Shown in pieces: positions 39,086-48,796 of a DNA stretch of 64,000 nucleotides; positions within the stretch are counted from its first letter, which is position 1; each line of letters opens with the position of its first letter. Source of the DNA: Alphaproteobacteria bacterium (lineage in GTDB: Bacteria > Pseudomonadota > Alphaproteobacteria > SP197); contig OZ219747.1 of assembly GCA_964291265.2 (NCBI GenBank), positions 2,016,001 to 2,080,000 on the forward strand, given 5' to 3'. Below the pieces are notes generated by a model, which was not told where the DNA came from, did not search any database, and saw only the letters and a program-made list of their open reading frames with translations. Both the position numbers and the translations under genes were made by a program.

Positions 39086-39529
39086 ATGGGCGGGCGGGCA
39101 CTCGAAACCCTTGTCGGCGCCGCCGTCATCATCGTTGCCGTGGCCTTCGTGGTCTTCGTCCTCGACAGGGTGGACGTTGCCGACGGGGCGGGCACGGTCT
39201 TTCACGCCGAGTTCGACGACATCGGCAGCCTGCAGGCCGGTGACGATGTGCGCATTGCCGGCATCAGGGTCGGTCAGGTGACGGGACTGGATCTCGATCC
39301 GGACTGGTACCTGGCGCGAGTCGCCATGACCGTTGATCCCGGCGTCAGTCTGCCACGCGACACCTTCGTTGCCATCACCTCGGCAAGTCTGCTCGGCGGT
39401 CACTATGTGTCCCTTCACCCGGGCACGGGCGAGACCGCCGGTGACGGTCATCTCTTCACTGACACCCAGGGGGCCATCAACTTGATCGACGCTGTATCGC
39501 GGTCGATGTTCGGCGGCCTCGAAGAGTAG
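39086..39529 (+). CDS. mlaD: MCE-family lipid asymmetry protein
   Basis: ETLVG transmembrane start; AEFDDIGSL..GDDVRIAGIRVGQV; SLLGGHYVSL.PG. Confidence 0.85.
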   Translation: MGGRALETLVGAAVIIVAVAFVVFVLDRVDVADGAGTVFHAEFDDIGSLQAGDDVRIAGIRVGQVTGLDLDPDWYLARVAMTVDPGVSLPRDTFVAITSASLLGGHYVSLHPGTGETAGDGHLFTDTQGAINLIDAVSRSMFGGLEE

Positions 39530-39544
39530 CGAGGGGCCGGGTTC

Positions 39545-39766
39545 ATGGATCAGCGACCGGTCTGGTTGCCAGAAACATGGCTCTCGCCCGACGGTGAGCC
39601 CATTGGTTGCCATGACAAGCTCGCCGTGCTGAGGGACAATCTTGACGAGCTTCGCGACATGGCGCAGGACGCGCTCGAAGACGCGGTGGTGATGGGATGC
39701 GACGAACAGCAGATGCGGAAGGTGCTGGCGGACCTGGTGGCAACGCTGGACAGGCCCTTCTCCTGA
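39545..39766 (+). CDS. Small conserved alphaproteobacterial hypothetical protein
   Basis: W..PDGEPIGC.DKL.VL..NL.EL....QDALEDAV.MG; operonic spacing. Confidence 0.75.
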   Translation: MDQRPVWLPETWLSPDGEPIGCHDKLAVLRDNLDELRDMAQDALEDAVVMGCDEQQMRKVLADLVATLDRPFS

Positions 39767-40182
39767 TGGCCTGCGTCTGCCTTGCCGCGGTCACCGGCCG
39801 CGAAGCCGAGGCCGAACAGGTGTTCGAGGACCACGACACGGTCATCCTTGGCGGAATGGAGAAGGTGACCGGCCATGCCTTTGCCTTTGCCATCGGCGTC
39901 GGCGAAACAGGATCCTTCGGAACACTGCGGGTGACCGTCAGGGCCTGTCGCAAGACACCGCCCTGGCAGACGCCCGAGAGCGCCTCCTTCCTCGAGATCC
40001 GGGACCGCCATTCGAGTGAACCCGACGACGTCTTCACCGGATGGATGTTTGCCGGCACCCCGGGCGTTTCGGCGCTCGAGCACCCGGTCTACGACATCTG
40101 GATTCTGGACTGCATCGACCGCGGAAGGCAATGGAAGTCGGCCCCCTCGATGGAAAGCGCCCGGTCGAGGCGCTCCAGATAG
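39766..40182 (+). CDS. DUF2155-family protein
   Basis: L.G.EKVTG, FGTL.V.VRAC, PES..FLEI, VFTGWMFA..P..SALEHPVYDIW..DC. Confidence 0.88.
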   Translation: MACVCLAAVTGREAEAEQVFEDHDTVILGGMEKVTGHAFAFAIGVGETGSFGTLRVTVRACRKTPPWQTPESASFLEIRDRHSSEPDDVFTGWMFAGTPGVSALEHPVYDIWILDCIDRGRQWKSAPSMESARSRRSR

Positions 40183-40751
40183 TCCGCTGCGGTGACTTCA
40201 ATGGCTCCGAATGTGCGCAGGTGGTCCGTGACGAACTGGATGTCGAGAAGGACGAACCCACCCTCGACGAGACGCTCGACAAGATGGACCAGCGCCACCT
40301 TGCTGGCATTGGTGATATCGGAAAACATGCTTTCACCGAAGAAGGCGCCGCGCAGCTGGACACCGTAGAGGCCGCCGGCCAGGACACCGTCCATCCAGCA
40401 CTCGACACTGTGGGCATGGCCCTCATGGTGCAGTCTGGTGTAGGCCCTCTCGATGCCGACGCTGATCCAGGTGTTCTCCCGCCCGGAAGTCGGCCTGGCA
40501 CAGGCGGCGACCACCCTGGCGAAGGCCCGGTTGACGGTGATCTCGAAACCACCCCGTCTCAGGACCTTTCCCAGGCTGCGCGGAACGTGAAAGCGGTTCA
40601 GGGGAATGATGCCGCGACGGTATGGCAACACCCATTCCGGATCGCTGTCGTGCCGGTGGCTCGCCATGGGGAAGAGACCCCGGGCATAGGCTGACAGGAG
40701 CATGGGTGTGGTCAGGCCGTCCGTCCGCTCCGGTTCACGTTGCAGAGGCAA
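40089..40751 (-). CDS. aat: Leucyl/phenylalanyl-tRNA--protein transferase
   Basis: AYARGLFPM, TWI, GHAHSVECW, GGLYG, FFGESMFS, ASKVAL; start uncertain. Confidence 0.93.
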   Translation of the reverse strand: MPLQREPERTDGLTTPMLLSAYARGLFPMASHRHDSDPEWVLPYRRGIIPLNRFHVPRSLGKVLRRGGFEITVNRAFARVVAACARPTSGRENTWISVGIERAYTRLHHEGHAHSVECWMDGVLAGGLYGVQLRGAFFGESMFSDITNASKVALVHLVERLVEGGFVLLDIQFVTDHLRTFGAIEVTAADYLERLDRALSIEGADFHCLPRSMQSRIQMS

Positions 40752-42078
40752 GGAATCGCTCCAGCCACGTCACGTCATAGAGGCCGTTGGCGAAGTCCTG
40801 GTTGCCGAGCAGCGCCTGGTGAAGCGGGATGGTGGTCTCGATACCGTCAATGGCGAACTCCTCGAGAGCCCGTCTCAACCGCATCATGCTCTCGTTGCGA
40901 TTGCGTCCGCACACCACGAGCTTCGCGATCAGGTTGTCATAGGTCGGAGGCACCGTGTAGCCGGAGTAGAGCGCCGAATCGATCCGCACGCTCATGCCTC
41001 CGGGCGCGTGGTAGGTGGTCACCTGGCCGGGGGAGGGCATGAAGGAGAAGGGGCTTTCGGCATTGATCCGGCACTCGATTGCATGACCGGTCATCGCCAC
41101 GTCATCCTGGCGAAAGCTGAGCGGTGCGCCGGATGAAAGGCAGATCTGTTCGCGCACGAGATCGATGCCGGTCACCATTTCCGTGACGGGGTGTTCGACC
41201 TGCAGCCGGGTGTTCATCTCGATGAAGTGAAACACACCATCCTCATAGAGGAACTCCACCGTTCCGAGATTCCGGTAGCCGAGTCCGACCATGGCATCGA
41301 CGACGAGTTCGCCGATGGCGAGCCTCTGGCCGGCATTGAGCGCCGGACTCGGCGCCTCCTCGACGATCTTCTGATGACGGCGCTGCACCGAGCAGTCGCG
41401 TTCGCCGAGATGAACGACATGTCCTTCGAAGTCCCCGGCGACCTGGATTTCGATGTGGCGTGGATTGGTCAGGAACTTCTCGACGTAGAGGGATCCGTCG
41501 CCGAATGCAGCCTCCGCCTCGCGCCTCGACCGGGCAAAGGTCGCCTCCATGCCGGAGTCGTCCTCCACCAGGGAGATACCGCGGCCGCCTCCGCCGGATG
41601 CCGCCTTGAGGAGGACCGGATAGCCGACCTCCCGGGCGACCGCGGCGGCTTCGACCGCGTCACGCACCACGCCGTCGGATCCAGGGAGAACCGGGATCCC
41701 GAGGTCCCTGGCCTTGTTGCGTGCCGCCATCTTGTCGCCCATGAGGCGGATGTGTTCGCTGTCAGGTCCGATGAACGTGATGCCATGCTCCTCGACGATT
41801 TCGGCAAACCGGCTGTTCTCGGACAAGAAGCCGTATCCGGGATGGATGGCATCGGCGCCGGTGATCTCGGCGGCCGCGAGGATGGCTGGAACATTCAGAT
41901 AGCTGTCACGCGCCGGCGCCGGTCCGATGCACACGCTCTCGTCGGCAAGGCGGACATGCATCGCGTTGGTATCCACCTCGGAGTGAACGGCGACGGTGCG
42001 GATGCCCATTTCCCGGCAGGCTCGATGAATGCGAAGGGCGACCTCCCCTCGATTGGCGATGAGAACCTTGTCAAACAT
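40735..42078 (-). CDS. accC: Acetyl-CoA carboxylase biotin carboxylase
   Basis: KVLIANRGE, IHPGYGFLSEN, GGGGRG, ERDCSVQRRHQK, FIEMNTRLQVEH. Confidence 0.97.
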   Translation of the reverse strand: MFDKVLIANRGEVALRIHRACREMGIRTVAVHSEVDTNAMHVRLADESVCIGPAPARDSYLNVPAILAAAEITGADAIHPGYGFLSENSRFAEIVEEHGITFIGPDSEHIRLMGDKMAARNKARDLGIPVLPGSDGVVRDAVEAAAVAREVGYPVLLKAASGGGGRGISLVEDDSGMEATFARSRREAEAAFGDGSLYVEKFLTNPRHIEIQVAGDFEGHVVHLGERDCSVQRRHQKIVEEAPSPALNAGQRLAIGELVVDAMVGLGYRNLGTVEFLYEDGVFHFIEMNTRLQVEHPVTEMVTGIDLVREQICLSSGAPLSFRQDDVAMTGHAIECRINAESPFSFMPSPGQVTTYHAPGGMSVRIDSALYSGYTVPPTYDNLIAKLVVCGRNRNESMMRLRRALEEFAIDGIETTIPLHQALLGNQDFANGLYDVTWLERFLASAT

Positions 42079-42541
42079 GCGCCGGGTCGATGACCATGAG
42101 AATCTGGCCGTATTCGACCGGCCTGCCGTCGGAGACGAGAATCTGGGTCACGACGCCGCCGTGGGGGGCAAGGATCGGGTTCATGACCTTCATCGCCTCG
42201 ACGATCAGCAGGGTAGCGCCTTCCGAGACCTCGTCGCCCACCGTCACGAAGGACGTCGCACCGGGTTCCGCCGCCAGATAGGCGGTGCCGACCATCGGCG
42301 AGCGAACCGCACCCTCGCCGACGGCTTCCTGGGTGGTTTCCGAGGGGTTTGCGGCGGCGGTCTGCGGCGGATGCACGGCGGCCCGGGGCAAGGGAACAGA
42401 GGTCATGGAATCGGGTCCGCGCGCCACGCGCAGCTTGCGTCCGGCGTCTTCCACCTCGATTTCGGCAAGACCGGTTTCCTCGAGCAGGCGCGCGAGTTCC
42501 CGGATCGCCTCCGCATCGAGCGGGAAGGGTTCTTGGCTCAT
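42071..42541 (-). CDS. accB: Biotin carboxyl carrier protein
   Basis: [17 protein letters not shown]. Confidence 0.95.
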   Translation of the reverse strand: MSQEPFPLDAEAIRELARLLEETGLAEIEVEDAGRKLRVARGPDSMTSVPLPRAAVHPPQTAAANPSETTQEAVGEGAVRSPMVGTAYLAAEPGATSFVTVGDEVSEGATLLIVEAMKVMNPILAPHGGVVTQILVSDGRPVEYGQILMVIDPAHV

Positions 42542-42993
42542 GGTGAAGGAGATCCGACAATCGTGTGAATGGCCTCGAGGGCCAGTATGTAGCCGTGGCC
42601 ACCGAATCCGCAAATCGATCCCGTGGCGACAGCCGCCACATGGGAATGGTGCCGGAAGGTCTCCCTGGCATGAATGTTGGAGAGATGAACCTCGACAACG
42701 ATGCCGTCGAAAGCTCTGAGCGCGTCCGCGAGGGCCACGGACGTGTGGGTCAGTCCGCCGGCATTGACGATGAGCCCGTTCGCCTGACCGCAAGCCTTCT
42801 GGATGGCATCGATCAGTTCGCCTTCGTGGTTGCTCTGCAGGAAGTCCGTCACCATGGAGAGTTCAGCGGCCCGCCGACGCACGGCGTCCTCGATGCCGGA
42901 CAGTGTCTGCAGACCGTAGACGTCCGGTTCCCGCGTGCCGAGAAGGTTGAGATTGGGTCCATTGAGAACCAGGATTCGGATACCACCGGGCAT
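42538..42993 (-). CDS. aroQ: Type II 3-dehydroquinate dehydratase
   Basis: [39 protein letters not shown]. Confidence 0.96.
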   Translation of the reverse strand: MPGGIRILVLNGPNLNLLGTREPDVYGLQTLSGIEDAVRRRAAELSMVTDFLQSNHEGELIDAIQKACGQANGLIVNAGGLTHTSVALADALRAFDGIVVEVHLSNIHARETFRHHSHVAAVATGSICGFGGHGYILALEAIHTIVGSPSP

Positions 42994-43098
42994 GTCATCC
43001 CCACGAAGCCTCGGAGCCGCCCTCGCCCGGGCGCCTTCTCCCGGCATGAAGGGACCATTTCACACTGCCCCACCGGCCGGTGCAACCGCTGTCGGCAG

Positions 43099-44427
43099 TC
43101 ACTCGCCCTGGAGGAAGTCCGTGGCGGCCAGGATGTCCGTGGCACGAAACCAGTCGGCGGTCCCGGCCTCGAGGCCGTCGATCGCGTCCCCGGCAAGGAC
43201 GCGGGCACGCCGGAGTTCTCCTCTCAGGTAGTGCATCTCGGCACGGGCGATTCGGGACCGCGCCGCATTGCCCAGCTTTTCGAAGGCATGGCCAAGCAGG
43301 CTCCACGTCACCGGCGTGTCGCTCTCATGGGCGCGCGCCTCGTCGAGGTGGCGGACCGCCTCGCGCCAGCCGGCCTCCTCGTCGAGCTGCAGCAGGCTGC
43401 GTGCCAGGTTGATCCTCAGCAGCGGTTCTCCGGGGGCCAGCTCCACCGATCGTGCGTAGGAGGGAACGGAGGCGGCAATGTCACCGGTCTCGTAGAGCAT
43501 CTGGCCGCGCAGCTCGTGAAACCAGGGGTTCTCCGGCTCTTCCGCGATCAGGCCGTCGATGAGGACCAGCGCTTCGTCGAGGAGGCGCTCCCTGTAGCGG
43601 GCGATGGACCAGGCATAGCGGGAATAGACCGACTCGCCGGGATCCGGATAGGTGCGGTATGTGGTGCCCGGATCGAGCAGAAACCCGGTGACCTTGGCGA
43701 TCATGCGCCTGTGGCGGTCGATCCTGTCCGGGTCGACGGCGACGCCGCTGAAGGCGGAACGCTCGATGTGGGCATTCATCGTCTGCATGCGTTCCGTGCT
43801 GAGGGGATGGGTCAGGAACCATGGAATCTCGGAGGACGAAGACAGCAGGAGTTCCGACTCCGCAAACTCCCCCATCAGGTCGCGAAGTCCTTCCGCCGAG
43901 TGGCCCGTCAGTTCGAGGGATCTGAGGGCCGCCTGGTCGGCGGCCGATTCCTGGATGCGGCTGAAACGGGTGTACGCGCGCGTTCCCATCTGCTGCCCCG
44001 CCGCGGCAACAGCGATGCCCGCCTCGCCGCCTCCCATGAGGCCGACACCGACTCCGAGCAGTGTCGAGAGAATGACCATGGCCGAGGCGTCCTCAAGGGC
44101 GCCCCGGACCATCGTCAGGTGACCCGCGGCCAGATGACCGACCTCGTGGGCAATGACGCCGATCACCATGCCCGGATCGTCGCTGTGCCGCAACAGGCCG
44201 CTGAACAGGAACAGGTGCTTGCCGTTGGCAACGAAGGCATTGAGACTGTCATCGGCCACGAGATGGATGGAGAACCTGGCGAAGTCGAGACCGTTGGCCC
44301 GGAACAGTGGTTCGGCATAGCCGGCGATGATATCCTCGATCTCGGCGTCACGGAAAAGCGACAGGGTCTGACCCGACTGAGCCCGCGTGCCGTCCGACCC
44401 GCAGCACAAGGCCGCAAGGACACTCAT
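43099..44427 (-). CDS. M48 metalloprotease with TPR repeats (BepA/YfgC-like)
   Basis: RDAEIE, LNAFV, AHEVGH, QESAADQ, THPLS.ER; start uncertain. Confidence 0.9.
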   Translation of the reverse strand: MSVLAALCCGSDGTRAQSGQTLSLFRDAEIEDIIAGYAEPLFRANGLDFARFSIHLVADDSLNAFVANGKHLFLFSGLLRHSDDPGMVIGVIAHEVGHLAAGHLTMVRGALEDASAMVILSTLLGVGVGLMGGGEAGIAVAAAGQQMGTRAYTRFSRIQESAADQAALRSLELTGHSAEGLRDLMGEFAESELLLSSSSEIPWFLTHPLSTERMQTMNAHIERSAFSGVAVDPDRIDRHRRMIAKVTGFLLDPGTTYRTYPDPGESVYSRYAWSIARYRERLLDEALVLIDGLIAEEPENPWFHELRGQMLYETGDIAASVPSYARSVELAPGEPLLRINLARSLLQLDEEAGWREAVRHLDEARAHESDTPVTWSLLGHAFEKLGNAARSRIARAEMHYLRGELRRARVLAGDAIDGLEAGTADWFRATDILAATDFLQGE

Positions 44428-44437
44428 GGCGAACACG

Positions 44438-45970
44438 ATGGCGCGAACCGACAGTCCCACATGGCGTGTGCTGGTGCTGGCCCTCGCCCTCGCGACAGTC
44501 GCCTGCGGAACCATGGAAGGGGATGGACCGCAAGTCGGACGAATCGTGGGCGGCAGCGAGGCCGGCCTGGTGGCGGGCGAGGACCCGTTGTCACGCCGGG
44601 TTGCCATGGAAGTGCTGGCACGGGGGGGAACCGCTGCGGATGCGGCGGTAGCATACTTCTTCATGGCGGCTGTCAGTTACCCCTCGAGGGTTTCGCTCGC
44701 TTCGGGTGGTCTGTGCCTGTCATACGAGGAAGCGGAAAACCAGACAAGGCTTCTGGATTTCCGCAACCGGCCGGCCGCCACGAAGGGCGCCGGTCTGCCG
44801 GTCCCGGGAGCCGTGCGCGGCATGTCGGCCCTGCAGGCCGTGCATGGCAGTCTGGCATGGCGTGATCTGCTGGTTCCTGCCGAACGCGCGGCACGGTTCG
44901 GCGTGCGGGTGTCACCGGCTCTTGCACGCGATCTCGAGAACGCCTCCGGCACCCTTCCAGACAACGCGCAAGCCGGGCGTCTCCTTGCGTCTCCGGCAGG
45001 GGGCATGCCGGATGTCGGCGACCTCCTGGTCCAGTTCGAACTGTCGGACATGCTGTCTGGAATCAGGACCCGTGGAGCCACCGATTTCTATCGTGGCGAG
45101 ACGGCGAGGAGCATCATGGAGGCGGCCCGTGTAGCGGGGCGCGTGATGACCCCCGAAGAACTCGGCTCCTATGCGGTGACGTGGTTCGATCCGACGACAC
45201 GCGCTCTCGAGCGTGGACTGATGGCCTCCGATCTGATCGTGCACGTGCCCGGCGGGACCATTGATGCCGGAGCGTCGACACTGACCGCCCTCGCCCTGCT
45301 GGACGAGGCGGGACCGGTCGATCGCGACGCGGAGAGGCACCACCTGCTTGCCGAGGTGGCCCTGCGCCTCGCGGTCGTGCGCGGTTCCGGCGCAACGGCG
45401 AACCTGATGGAGAGTTACAGCGCCGATCGGGCAACGGATTCGGCGGCCCTGCCGGGACCACCCGTGCCTCTCGTCGAATCCCCCCATGCCACGGGAGTCG
45501 TCACGGCCGACCGCATGGGCAACGCGGTGGCCTGCGTCTTCACCTTGAATGGTCTCTTCGGTGACGGGTCCGTGCTGCCAGGGACCGGCATCGTCACCCC
45601 GGCGTCATCGGGGAGCGATGAATCCCTGCTCCCCGTGATCGTGGTCAACGACGTGTTGCGTTCGGTGGTCCTTGCCGGCACGGCGACAGGCGGGTCTGCA
45701 TCGCCCGTCATCATGGCACAGGTCCTGACGGACGTGCTCGATGACGGGCTGTCGCTGGATGATGCCGTGCGTCGCGTGCGGGTGCATCATCCCGGCCTCC
45801 CTCACGTGGTCCTCGCCGAGGGCGAGGCCGGAGAGGCGCTCACGCAGCGTGGACATATGGTGGAGGCGGTCGCCGGGATCGGCCGAGTGCTCGCCGTTCA
45901 CTGTCCCGACGGTCTGCGCAATGCCCCGGCGAACTGTGCGGCGGTCACCGATCCGCGGGTGCCTGATTGA
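44438..45970 (+). CDS. Gamma-glutamyltransferase-family lipoprotein
   Basis: Lipobox TVAC; GGTAADAAV, VPGAVRG, DFYRGE, D..GNAV...TLNGLFG, DPR. Confidence 0.85.
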   Translation: MARTDSPTWRVLVLALALATVACGTMEGDGPQVGRIVGGSEAGLVAGEDPLSRRVAMEVLARGGTAADAAVAYFFMAAVSYPSRVSLASGGLCLSYEEAENQTRLLDFRNRPAATKGAGLPVPGAVRGMSALQAVHGSLAWRDLLVPAERAARFGVRVSPALARDLENASGTLPDNAQAGRLLASPAGGMPDVGDLLVQFELSDMLSGIRTRGATDFYRGETARSIMEAARVAGRVMTPEELGSYAVTWFDPTTRALERGLMASDLIVHVPGGTIDAGASTLTALALLDEAGPVDRDAERHHLLAEVALRLAVVRGSGATANLMESYSADRATDSAALPGPPVPLVESPHATGVVTADRMGNAVACVFTLNGLFGDGSVLPGTGIVTPASSGSDESLLPVIVVNDVLRSVVLAGTATGGSASPVIMAQVLTDVLDDGLSLDDAVRRVRVHHPGLPHVVLAEGEAGEALTQRGHMVEAVAGIGRVLAVHCPDGLRNAPANCAAVTDPRVPD

Positions 45971-45974
45971 CGGC

Positions 45975-46460
45975 ATGCCGGTGGTGATCGGAGCTCCCTT
46001 CGAGGCCTTGCGCCTTGCCGTGACCCATGATCTTGTCGATCACAACGGTCACATGGGCATGCGCTCGTACACGAAGCTCTTCGACCGGGCTACCGGACCA
46101 TTCTATGACGCCCTCGGACTGTCGCGGGAGGTCCTTGCCAGGCACCGAGCCACCGTTTTTGCCCTTCAGGACACCTCCTGGTACATGCGGGAAGTCCTGC
46201 TGGATGATCCGCTCCTCATCACCGCACAGCTGGTCGATCACGACCACAGCAAGGTCGTGAGTTTCCTCACCATGATCCAGGAGCGGCAGAACTATGTCGC
46301 TGCATCCTTCGAGCTGATCGAGATCCTCGTGGATCGCGAGACCCGCCGTCCGCGCCGATTTCCGGAGTCCGCCGCCCGCGGCCTCGCCGCCGTGCGTGCG
46401 GCCCACGACAGTCTCGGGCGCCCTTCGCTCTCTGGACGGGGCATCGGCATACGCCGCTGA
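45975..46460 (+). CDS. Hotdog-fold thioesterase
   Basis: VDHNGHM..Y..LFD.A, Y.REV. Confidence 0.8.
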   Translation: MPVVIGAPFEALRLAVTHDLVDHNGHMGMRSYTKLFDRATGPFYDALGLSREVLARHRATVFALQDTSWYMREVLLDDPLLITAQLVDHDHSKVVSFLTMIQERQNYVAASFELIEILVDRETRRPRRFPESAARGLAAVRAAHDSLGRPSLSGRGIGIRR

Positions 46461-46464
46461 TTCC

Positions 46465-48486
46465 CTATCCGGCCGCGCCCTCCGCTGCGCCATCCCCAGG
46501 AACGGTTTTCCCGGCTTGCGCTGAGCCGGTATCGTCCTGCTGCCCCTCGCGCTCCTCGCCGGCGGTCTCCAGGGCGCCTTCTCCGTTGGCCCTGCGCCGC
46601 CGGCCGCCGCGTCTGCCCCGCCGCCGGCGCTTGCGCTCTCCCGGCTCGGCGATCTCGTCCCCGTCTTCCTGACCGTCGGCTTTCGTCGGACCCGGATCCG
46701 TCTCGCTGCCAGCGTCGCGGCGCCGGCGCCGCGAACGCTTGCGGCGTCGTGGGAGCGAGGCCTCGTCGGGAGCCTGCGAGGCCTCGTCCCGGGGGGCATG
46801 GGCAGCCGCGCCGGTCTCTCCTCCATCGATGCGGAAGTCGGGCGCCACCAGCCGGTCATCGGCCTCGATCGTCACCGCGACACCGTAGCGAGTCTCGATG
46901 TCTGTCAGCATGAGCCGCTTGCGGTTGAGCAGCTGGAAGGCGATGGCCGTCGGCACGGTCACGAGGAGCGGTCCGCCGGTGCTGGCGACCGCCGCGCTTT
47001 CGATACCGCGCAGCACGTGCAGCGCCGTCGACTCGATCGACCGCACGTATCCGGTACCGCTGCACGTCGGGCACGGCGCCGAGATGGCTTCCTCGAGACT
47101 GGGACGCAGGCGCTGGCGGGAGAGTTCCATGAGGCCGAAGTGGCTGATGCGGCCAATCTGGCTGCGGGCGCGATCGCTCTTGACCGCCTCCTTCATGCGA
47201 CGTTCCACGATGGCATCGTTGCGGTGGTCGTCCATGTCGATGAAGTCGATGACGACGAGGCCGGCAAGATCCCGCAACCGCATCTGGCGGGCGATTTCAC
47301 GGGTCGCCTCGAGATTGGTCTTGAGGGCCGTTTCCTCGATGGAGCGCTCCCGTGTCGAACGCCCGGAGTTGACGTCGATGACCACGAGCGCCTCGGTCGG
47401 ATTGATGACGAGGGATCCACCTGAGGCGAGCGGCACCACGGGGTCGTGCATGGCATCGATTTCCCTTTCCACGTCGAAGGCGTGGAAGAGGGAAACCGGC
47501 TCCCGGTGCAGCTTCACCCTCGGGGCATGGCTCGGCATGAGGAACTTCATATACTCCTTCGCGGTGCGATAGCCTACGGCACCCTCCACGAGCACCTCGT
47601 CCACGCTCTTGGTGTAGAGGTCGCGGATGGCCCGCTTGATGATGCTGGCCTCTTCCCTGATGAGGCAGGGCGCCGTGCTCTTCAGCGTCTTGTCCCGGAG
47701 TTCCTCCCATTGCTTGAGGAGGCTGTTGTAATCGCGGCGGATTTCCGGGCGCGAGCGGTTCTGTCCCGCGGTGCGGATGATGAGTCCCATGCCTTCGGGA
47801 ACGTCGAGACCCGCGGCCACTTCCTTGAGGCGGCGGCGTTGCGCCTGATCCGTGATCTTGCGCGAGATGCCACCACCACGGGGCGTGTTGGGCATCAGCA
47901 CACAGTAGCGTCCGGCCATCGACAGATAGGTGGTGAGTGCGGCGCCCTTGGTGCCGCGTTCTTCCTTGGTGGCCTGAACCAGCAGGATCTGGTTCTTCCT
48001 GATCACCTCCTGGATGCGGTAACCGCGCCGCAGGATGGCTGCATGAAGGATTGCTTCGGGATGATCCTCGCGATCATCCTGCTGGCGGCGGCGTCCTCCC
48101 GGTGCCGCAGGGGCGCTGGACTCGGCGGGAACGGATTCGCCGTCCGCCGGGTCTCCCGCTTCGTCCTCGTTGATGTCGTCGAGACTCGCTTCCTCGACCA
48201 GTCTCGCCTGTTCCGCCGTGATCTCGTCGCGGTCGGATACGGGAACCTGAAAGTAGTCCGTATGAATCTCGCTGAACGGCAGGAACCCGTGGCGGCTGCC
48301 GCCGTACTCGACAAAGGCGGATTGCAGGGAAGGCTCGATGCGGACAACCTTGGCGAGATAGATGTTGGACTTGATCTGTGTCTTGACAGATGATTCGATG
48401 TCGAATTCCTGCAGTTCATGTCCGTTGGAAACGACAACGCGGGTTTCTTCCGCGTGGCTCGCGTCGATGAGCATGCGTGTGGTCAT
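46465..48486 (-). CDS. rne: Ribonuclease E/G
   Basis: MLIDASHAEETRV, NIYLAKV..IEPSLQ, KEERG.KGAALTT, IDVNSG, IDFIDM, CPTC.G.G; Arg-rich tail. Confidence 0.96.
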   Translation of the reverse strand: MTTRMLIDASHAEETRVVVSNGHELQEFDIESSVKTQIKSNIYLAKVVRIEPSLQSAFVEYGGSRHGFLPFSEIHTDYFQVPVSDRDEITAEQARLVEEASLDDINEDEAGDPADGESVPAESSAPAAPGGRRRQQDDREDHPEAILHAAILRRGYRIQEVIRKNQILLVQATKEERGTKGAALTTYLSMAGRYCVLMPNTPRGGGISRKITDQAQRRRLKEVAAGLDVPEGMGLIIRTAGQNRSRPEIRRDYNSLLKQWEELRDKTLKSTAPCLIREEASIIKRAIRDLYTKSVDEVLVEGAVGYRTAKEYMKFLMPSHAPRVKLHREPVSLFHAFDVEREIDAMHDPVVPLASGGSLVINPTEALVVIDVNSGRSTRERSIEETALKTNLEATREIARQMRLRDLAGLVVIDFIDMDDHRNDAIVERRMKEAVKSDRARSQIGRISHFGLMELSRQRLRPSLEEAISAPCPTCSGTGYVRSIESTALHVLRGIESAAVASTGGPLLVTVPTAIAFQLLNRKRLMLTDIETRYGVAVTIEADDRLVAPDFRIDGGETGAAAHAPRDEASQAPDEASLPRRRKRSRRRRRDAGSETDPGPTKADGQEDGDEIAEPGERKRRRRGRRGGRRRRANGEGALETAGEEREGQQDDTGSAQAGKTVPGDGAAEGAAG

Positions 48487-48796
48487 GGAAGGTCCAGATG
48501 ATCCTGTCGGCAGGCGCCGTGACGTTGGTAGATCGCCGCTGCACTGCTGCCTCGGTTGGATGACGCCTCCACCATGAATCATCCGCGGCACGGGCAGCGT
48601 GCACGGCCTGCAGGACCGGAATCGGGATTCGGTTCATGCCAGGGGTATGATCGGGTGCAAGGGTCACGGTTGTTCCAGTTTCGGCGCTGAAACGGCACCT
48701 CACGTCGCGCTGTCCGGAGGTTGCGGATCGTCCGCAACTTCCTCCTGCCATCCCTTGGCAGTGATCAGGCAACGTCGATATCCTACAACATCTGAC

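Noticed and set aside
40089-40182. 94-bp convergent overlap of DUF2155 and aat
   Set aside because: Most simply explained by stop-codon drift extending non-conserved tails.
48487-48796. rne/amiC intergenic region as a structured RNA
   Set aside because: A regulatory leader is plausible but I could not recognise any motif.
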